Assembly: GCA_963817725.1 (NCBI GenBank)
Contig: CAWFPD010000007.1
Span: 215,750-279,749, forward strand
Direction of reading: 5' to 3'
DNA from: an uncultured delta proteobacterium
GTDB lineage: Bacteria > Myxococcota_A > Polyangia > Polyangiales > Houyiibacteriaceae
Length of the DNA: 64,000 bases
The position numbers and the translations under genes are program-made. The notes under the pieces were generated by a model. The model ran no database searches and was not told where the DNA came from. It worked only from the letters and a program-made list of their open reading frames with translations. Of this stretch, positions 58,906-64,000 are shown piece by piece (the stretch's first letter is position 1; every line of letters begins with the position of its first letter).

Positions 58906-59475
58906 ATGGGACGGGGGTTGATGAATGTGATCGCGCCCTTGACCTTCCTCGTGCTCTCAACCGCGTCCATCGCAAGCTCGCAATCACTCAGTGCGCTTGT
59001 CCAAAAGGAGGTGGCACAGCACATCAAGAATGCCGAGCTGACGATCGGATCGACTCGTTCGTTCTTCATGGAAGCGGCGATGGCGGCCGATATGTCCTGC
59101 CAGAATCTCAACGACGAGGCTACGGCGGTCGCTTGCTTCCCATCAGGGGCAAAGGGTTTAACGTGCAACACGGCACGGTTCGGCCCCAAAGATCTGATAG
59201 CTTCATACTCGCTCGACTTTGGCCTGCAGAGAATGTGCTCGGTTGCTAAATCCTACATGTTTTCCAAGTATGGGAAGCCTCATCGCTCGGAAACTGCCGG
59301 CGGTGGCTCATCCGTATTCTATTGGAGTTACCCGCAATTAAAGAACAGACTGCTTAGCTATCAGGAGTTCCCACCCGTCACTCGCACGACGCAATGGGGA
59401 ACCACCGAAGTCGCACAATGGTGCCATGTAACATACGGCGTCGGTCAGCTTGTCCGCCCCTTGCGGCTTCCGTGA
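58906..59475 (+). CDS. secreted hypothetical protein
   Basis: Signal peptide MNVIAPLTFLVLSTASIASSQS. Start at 58867, 58906 or 58921. Confidence 0.55.
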   Translation: MGRGLMNVIAPLTFLVLSTASIASSQSLSALVQKEVAQHIKNAELTIGSTRSFFMEAAMAADMSCQNLNDEATAVACFPSGAKGLTCNTARFGPKDLIASYSLDFGLQRMCSVAKSYMFSKYGKPHRSETAGGGSSVFYWSYPQLKNRLLSYQEFPPVTRTTQWGTTEVAQWCHVTYGVGQLVRPLRLP

Positions 59476-59512
59476 GTGAGTTTTGCGCCTTCGATGCTGC
59501 GCGCTAGTTGAA

Positions 59513-60202
59513 TCATCGCTCCAACAATCGCTCGAAAGTTTGCCACGCTGCATAAAGGGCCCCGGCGACAAAACCAAATATGATCCATCCAATCGGACCT
59601 TTGTTGAGTAGGCCGAAGAAACCGTCCGAAAACAGGCCGTCGCGCGATTCAACCGGTTCCGCCTTCCTTGGAGGGGGCGCCGACCGCTGTGCTTCAAGGC
59701 TCAACTCTCCACCCACACGGATCAACTCCTGGAGTCTGCCGATCGCGGTGCCCCGAGCCTCTCCGTTCCCTCGCTTGTATCCGATACATGTGGCTGACTC
59801 GTAGGAAACTTCGCCGCGGTCCAGCATCGTAAGCGCGGTCTGTTGTTCCGCACTCATACGATCGACATCGCTGCTGGCGATGATCAACACCAATGGAGCG
59901 CCGACGCCGGACTCGTCAGTCGCCTTCGAGATAAGCGCGCGCGCTTCGTCGGCGTTTCGGGCCTTCGTGCGCCAGATCGTCGCGAACTCCAGCTCGCTCC
60001 TCAAAGGATCGCGACCGCTGGGGAAACCCTTCCTCAACACCGTGTAGTTGGAACGCGAAGCCTCGGGCAGACCCCTCAGGGCAGCGACACACACAAACGG
60101 CCGCCCGTCCTTTTGGAGCTTCTTATTCTCAAAGTAGCCGATGAGGGTCCAACCGAGCCCAAAGAGCAGGAAAACACCAGAAAGCACCAAGAAATATTCC
60201 AT
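59513..60202 (-). CDS. membrane protein with N- and C-terminal TM helices, hypothetical
   Basis: MEYFLVLSGVFLLFGLGWTLIGYF ... IGWIIFGFVAGALYAAW flank a ~170-aa soluble domain. Confidence 0.55.
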   Translation of the reverse strand: MEYFLVLSGVFLLFGLGWTLIGYFENKKLQKDGRPFVCVAALRGLPEASRSNYTVLRKGFPSGRDPLRSELEFATIWRTKARNADEARALISKATDESGVGAPLVLIIASSDVDRMSAEQQTALTMLDRGEVSYESATCIGYKRGNGEARGTAIGRLQELIRVGGELSLEAQRSAPPPRKAEPVESRDGLFSDGFFGLLNKGPIGWIIFGFVAGALYAAWQTFERLLER

Positions 60203-60532
60203 GGCTCCTCGCGGCAATGGGCGAGCCTACCAGACATGATGGGAAAGGGCGTGTCAACCGCTTGCTTCAGTCGCAGAGTGAATCAATCCGGTAATTCCGG
60301 AGACTCACACCGAGTGTGCGGACTCGAGCACGTGGGAGCGGCCGCCGTACTCATGGAAGCTCAAAGAGCTGCGCAAGCAATACCGCAATGCCGACGCCGA
60401 TAGTCGAGCTCGAATCGTGCAAGTTGGCAGAGCGATACGACGGATGCAGGCGGAGTGGCCAGAGCGCGCGACCGATCACGTCCGGTGTGTTTTAGAAGCG
60501 GTTCACAGATTGTGATGGCTAGCGTGAAAACG

Positions 60533-60553
60533 GTAGCAGCAAACAGTAGCAGC
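60533..60553 (+). promoter_or_regulatory. pair of GTAGCAGC motifs near attR
   Basis: GTAGCAGC at 60533 and 60546 (13-bp phase), about 72 bp from the attR core, in the same orientation as the attL cluster. Confidence 0.6.
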
Positions 60554-60619
60554 GCCGGATGTGGTCTCAGCCAAGTATTTGGAATCGTAAGATTATATTG
60601 CCTAGGATAACCAGGCATC

Positions 60620-60901
60620 CTATACCAACGTCAGGTAGTGAGCGCCATCGGTCACGCCAAAATCGAGGACGCGCGCGATGTGGCCATGGTGTAGGAGCGC
60701 AGACAACCGAGCCTCCCGCAAGAACATCTCCACGAAATCGGGGTCGCCTGCGAATGCCGGTAGGATGCGCTTGAGGCACACACGCTGCTCGAAGCCCTCG
60801 GGCCCCCGCTGCACGGCCACGAAGGTCTCGGCCATCCCACCGATCCCGAGCCGCTCAATCAACTCATAGCTGCCGAAGCGGCGTGGGAGCGGTGAAGACA
60901 T
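60620..60901 (-). pseudogene. Ser/Thr kinase gene, N-terminal (N-lobe) fragment
   Basis: YELIERLGIGGMAETFVAV (G-loop), VCLKRI (catalytic Lys), FLREARL (helix C Glu). Ends ...DGAHYLTL, then V-stop as the frame runs into element DNA. Confidence 0.85.
60625..60636. repeat. attR core (direct repeat CCAACGTCAGGT)
   Basis: Identical to 47211-47222. Confidence 0.85.
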
Positions 60902-60949
60902 CCGCTGGGCAAGGTACCACAGCCCGGAGCGCCTCGACTCTCAGGACGT

Positions 60950-62044
60950 TCACCGGAGCGCGTCTTGGAGCGCGTCCAGGCAGAGCTTCACGTGTCCCGG
61001 CGTCGCCGAAGCGCCCATCAATCCGATTCGCCATGCCTTTCCTTTGAAATCACCCAAGCCCCCGCCAATCTCGAGACCGTGCTCTTCGAGCAACCGGGCT
61101 CGCACGACGCGGTCATCGACGCCCTCTGGAATACGGACCAGGGTGAGGGGAGGGAGGCGCACTGAAGGCTCGACGGGAAGTTCCAAGCCGAGCGCGCAGA
61201 GACCCTGCCAAAGCGCCTCTGCCTGCTCCCGATGACGGGCATAGCGATGGTCGAGCCCTTCATCGAGGGCTAGTTGCAGCGCCTCGTGCAATGCGAAGAT
61301 CATGTTGACCGGGGCGGTGTGGTGATAGACACGATCCCCGCCGAAGTACTGGCCGATTAGATTCAAATCGAGATACCAGCTCTGCACGGATGTCTTACGC
61401 TGTGACAAGACGCGGCGGGCACGCTCCGAAAACGACACCGGAGAGAGCCCGGGAGGGCACGAGAGACACTTCTGCGTCCCCGAGTAAGCGGCATCGATGC
61501 CGAACCGGTCGACCTCGACGGGCACTCCGCCAAGTGAGGTCACGGTGTCGACAATCAAGAGCGCACCGCACGAATCCGAAATGGCGCGAAACGGAGTCAG
61601 GTCTTGGAGCACGCCCGTGGACGTCTCGGCATGGACCAGTGCGAGCACCTTGAACGAATGCCCCTTGGCAGCCTTCGCGACCTCGTCGGGATCGAGGGCC
61701 TCTCCCCACGGCGCATCGACGAGGGTGACGTCGGCGCCGCAACGGCGCGCAACCTCCGCCATACGTCCCCCAAAGACTCCGTGACGACAGATCAGCGCCC
61801 GGTCTCCAGGCTCGATCAGGTTCACGAAGCAGGTCTCCATGCCCGCAGAGCCCGTCCCCGACATGGGAAGCGTCAGCGCGTTGTTCGTGCCGAACACCTT
61901 CCGCAGCATGCTTTGCGTATCGTCGAGAATCTGCAGGAAGACGGGATCGAGGTGACCGATGGTCGGCAGCGAGAGCGCTTCGAGCACCCGCGGCGGGACA
62001 TCGGAGGGGCCAGGCCCCATCAGCGTACGCTTGGTCGCTTTCAC
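60950..62044 (-). CDS. class V aminotransferase (serine-pyruvate / alanine-glyoxylate type)
   Basis: [42 protein letters not shown] (PLP lysine). Confidence 0.88.
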   Translation of the reverse strand: MKATKRTLMGPGPSDVPPRVLEALSLPTIGHLDPVFLQILDDTQSMLRKVFGTNNALTLPMSGTGSAGMETCFVNLIEPGDRALICRHGVFGGRMAEVARRCGADVTLVDAPWGEALDPDEVAKAAKGHSFKVLALVHAETSTGVLQDLTPFRAISDSCGALLIVDTVTSLGGVPVEVDRFGIDAAYSGTQKCLSCPPGLSPVSFSERARRVLSQRKTSVQSWYLDLNLIGQYFGGDRVYHHTAPVNMIFALHEALQLALDEGLDHRYARHREQAEALWQGLCALGLELPVEPSVRLPPLTLVRIPEGVDDRVVRARLLEEHGLEIGGGLGDFKGKAWRIGLMGASATPGHVKLCLDALQDALR

Positions 62045-62061
62045 CCGCGCAACCGAGAGCC

Positions 62062-62712
62062 TCAGTGAAGGCGGCGATAGACGCCCACCACGACGCCGAG
62101 CACCTGGGTGCTACGCCAATCGTTCTTCGGAATCAGAATCGGGGCCATGTCCCTGTTCGCAGGCTGGAGCCGAACGTGCTCCCGCTCGGGATAGTAGTAC
62201 TTGCAGGTGGCTTCCTCACCGACCAGGGCGATGATGATCTCACCCCGATTGGCCGTGAGTTGCTTTCGAACGAAGACGAAATCGCCGTCGAAAATTCCCG
62301 CCTCGATCATCGATTCTCCGGTCACCCGCAGGCCGAACACGTCGCGCTGGCCGCCGATCAGCATGCGATCGATCTGGACCGTGTCTTCGGGATGCTCGAT
62401 CGCCTCCGACAGAGCGCCGGCGGCAACGCGCCCGATGATTGGAATTTCGATCAGATTGTCATTGGCAGCCGGTGGGCGGCTGCTGGGCCTGCCATCCGCG
62501 GTCTTCATGAGGCGCAGGGTCCGCGACTTCATGTCCTCTCGTGTGAGATATCCCTTGCGCTCAAGCGCCCTCAGGTGATCATTGACCCCGTTGGTGCTGC
62601 GGATGCCCAAGTGATTGCCGATTTCCCGTAGGGTAGGCGGATATCCCCGGGCATGGATCGAGTCCGAAATGTACTCGAGAACCGCCTTTTGCCGTGCTGT
62701 CAGCTTCTGCAT
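62062..62712 (-). CDS. lexA: SOS repressor LexA
   Basis: [12 protein letters not shown]...[10 protein letters not shown] wHTH, cleavage site GRVAAGA, catalytic VTGESM and FVFVRKQ. ATG at 62712 after GGGGGAGAG. Confidence 0.93.
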   Translation of the reverse strand: MQKLTARQKAVLEYISDSIHARGYPPTLREIGNHLGIRSTNGVNDHLRALERKGYLTREDMKSRTLRLMKTADGRPSSRPPAANDNLIEIPIIGRVAAGALSEAIEHPEDTVQIDRMLIGGQRDVFGLRVTGESMIEAGIFDGDFVFVRKQLTANRGEIIIALVGEEATCKYYYPEREHVRLQPANRDMAPILIPKNDWRSTQVLGVVVGVYRRLH

Positions 62713-62775
62713 GCTCTCCCCCGCTCGCATATCTCACCGTCCTTGGCTTGTGGTCGAATCCTGCACAAATGTCCC

Positions 62776-62791
62776 CTGTAAAACTGGACAG
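62776..62791 (-). promoter_or_regulatory. putative LexA operator (CTGT-N8-ACAG) upstream of lexA
   Basis: CTGTAAAACTGGACAG lies 64-79 nt upstream of the lexA ATG and is the only such palindrome in the intergenic region. Confidence 0.6.
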
Positions 62792-62850
62792 GTGGGATAA
62801 AGGTACAGATTGTAGCCAAGGTTGTCAAAGAACAGGCGACCGAGGTGCTT

Positions 62851-63885
62851 TTAGCCGCTGGGGTCTGGGTCTTGCTCGTCGTCTTCGTCGTCCGATGCGC
62901 GGTCATCGGCCGAAACCCTGTCCAGCGCCTCCGAGAGGACTTGCGTCGGCGAAAAGCCGAGCAGGCCCTCCAAGCCCCTGCCGTCCGTCAGTCCTTTCCA
63001 GAAACCCTGCGCAACGCTTGCGATTTCCTCCGAATCCACCTGTTCGAGGGCGTGGAGCATTTGCTGGGCGGCGCCTCCGACCACATCGAGGCCCAGGGCC
63101 GCCCCGGCGAAGGCTGCCAGAGGATGGATCAGCAGATCCCGGGCCATGAACGCCATCGCCCAGTCTCCGGCCCTCTGGCCCCTGAGCAGCCTTTGCGCGG
63201 TGGGAACCTCCATGAAGAGCCCGAGGTGAACCGGACCGAGCTCTCGCGCGATCGATCGCACCAGCACGCGATGGTCGCGACGCCACTCTCCGCCGAGCGG
63301 ACCTGCCCATTGCGCCATCGCGAGCGGGCCTGCCAACACGTCCATCTCGCCCGCCTCCCGGTGGAGCACCGCTCCCGTCCAGAGATCCCCGTCCGCCGTG
63401 AAGACCCCGAGCACGATGCAGTGCCCGCCAGGCAGCAGCCAATCGATAGCGGGTTTGGCGATGGGCACGGCCGAGAGAAACAGGTCGGGCAAGGGATTCG
63501 GCCAAACGCGAAGCCAGTTGCCGTTCCCGAGCTCCTGCACGACGCGAACAAAGCGCATCACGCGCGTCACGAAGTCTTGGTTGGAGTCGAGAGGCTCGGA
63601 CAGATAGAGCTCGACGCGCGCCATGGCCCGCTCACGCATCACGATGCAAGCCGCCGCTTGCTGGGTTGCGCAGAGCGATTTCAGGTCGGCCACCCCGGGC
63701 GTCAGCGTTGCCGGGTCGATCGACCCTTTCGCCGTGTGGAAGCTTGCGACCGGCGCGCCGGCCGCGTCGACCACCACGATGAGCACGCCTTGCGAGCCTT
63801 CCAGGTCGTCGCCCAAGAACAGCGACACGAGGCTGCTCCAGGAGGCATCGTCGAAGCCGAAAAAGGCAAAGTCTTCGCTGATCAC
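62851..63885 (-). CDS. hypothetical protein (acidic C-terminal tail)
   Basis: 344-aa protein-like ORF ending DDRASDDEDDEQDPDPSG. No motif recognised. Confidence 0.6.
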   Translation of the reverse strand: MISEDFAFFGFDDASWSSLVSLFLGDDLEGSQGVLIVVVDAAGAPVASFHTAKGSIDPATLTPGVADLKSLCATQQAAACIVMRERAMARVELYLSEPLDSNQDFVTRVMRFVRVVQELGNGNWLRVWPNPLPDLFLSAVPIAKPAIDWLLPGGHCIVLGVFTADGDLWTGAVLHREAGEMDVLAGPLAMAQWAGPLGGEWRRDHRVLVRSIARELGPVHLGLFMEVPTAQRLLRGQRAGDWAMAFMARDLLIHPLAAFAGAALGLDVVGGAAQQMLHALEQVDSEEIASVAQGFWKGLTDGRGLEGLLGFSPTQVLSEALDRVSADDRASDDEDDEQDPDPSG

Positions 63886-63910
63886 GCGGTGGACCTTAGC
63901 ACGCTCTCAC

Positions 63911-64000
63911 TAGGGCAGCGTGTCCGTCGCGGCCGGGTAGGCGTCGACCATGAGGTACGCGCGAAGGCTGGCGGGAACATCGGCCACGTCGGTCAAATGG
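63911..64000 (-). CDS. 3' end of an unidentified gene (rest outside window)
   Basis: Minus-strand frame open from the window edge to TAG at 63911-63913 (...HLTDVADVPASLRAYLMVDAYPAATDTLP*). High GC3. Confidence 0.3.

Larger units (their letters stand above)
47211..60636 (+). mobile_element. 13.4-kb integrative element (tyrosine recombinase, Xis-like HTH, family-A DNA polymerase, clamp-like protein) inserted in a kinase gene
   Basis: Bounded by identical 12-bp CCAACGTCAGGT. Removing it rejoins the kinase ORF in frame. Integrase lies 200 bp inside the left end. Codon usage and intergenic tracts look visibly more AT-rich than the flanks. Confidence 0.85.

Noticed and set aside
60282-60512. Open frame reading ...WERPPYSWKLKELRKQYRNADADSRARIVQVGRAIRRMQAEWPERATDH... 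near the right end of the element.
   Set aside because: It looks protein-like, but it has no ATG/GTG/TTG start after the upstream stop at 60279-60281. It could be a gene remnant, which I cannot support.

Overview
High-GC bacterial chromosome segment whose gene content looks like Myxococcota (inference from several eukaryotic-like Ser/Thr kinases, a PEGA domain, a sigma-54 enhancer-binding protein, an ECF sigma/anti-sigma pair, and many lipoproteins with GGX-type glycine linkers). Most of the window is housekeeping: mutL-miaA, mutS2, lgt, eno, ybeY, HU, a complete rimP-nusA-ylxR/L7Ae-infB-DUF503-rbfA-DHH-truB operon, acnA, tatA, phaR, lexA and a tRNA-Cys. Two regions stand out. (1) 47211-60636 is a 13.4-kb integrative element inserted in-frame into a Ser/Thr kinase gene. 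The two kinase halves (46486-47222 and 60625-60901) are flanked by a perfect 12-bp direct repeat, and removing the element restores one continuous ORF. The element carries a tyrosine recombinase, an excisionase-like HTH and its own family-A DNA polymerase with proofreading motifs. It also carries a truncated beta-clamp-like protein, a phased 9-mer iteron-like array next to a winged-helix gene, clustered GTAGCAGC motifs at both ends and once internally, and a cargo of small secreted or membrane proteins. I could recognise no virion, helicase, primase or conjugation genes by eye. (2) 29982-36132 breaks the usual truB-rpsO-pnp synteny with a cluster of secreted lipoproteins next to tRNA-Cys: a PQQ-type dehydrogenase, an endostatin/DUF1554-like protein, an internally duplicated Cys-rich protein and a mini Cys-rich protein. 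Two of them share a duplicated ~100-bp promoter/signal-peptide cassette. Smaller oddities include a frameshifted GT-C glycosyltransferase at a C5G5 run, a degenerate biotin-carboxylase paralog, an orphan TatT-DctP pair and a CTGT-N8-ACAG box in front of lexA. All calls rest on reading the translations and sequence by eye; no database search was run.
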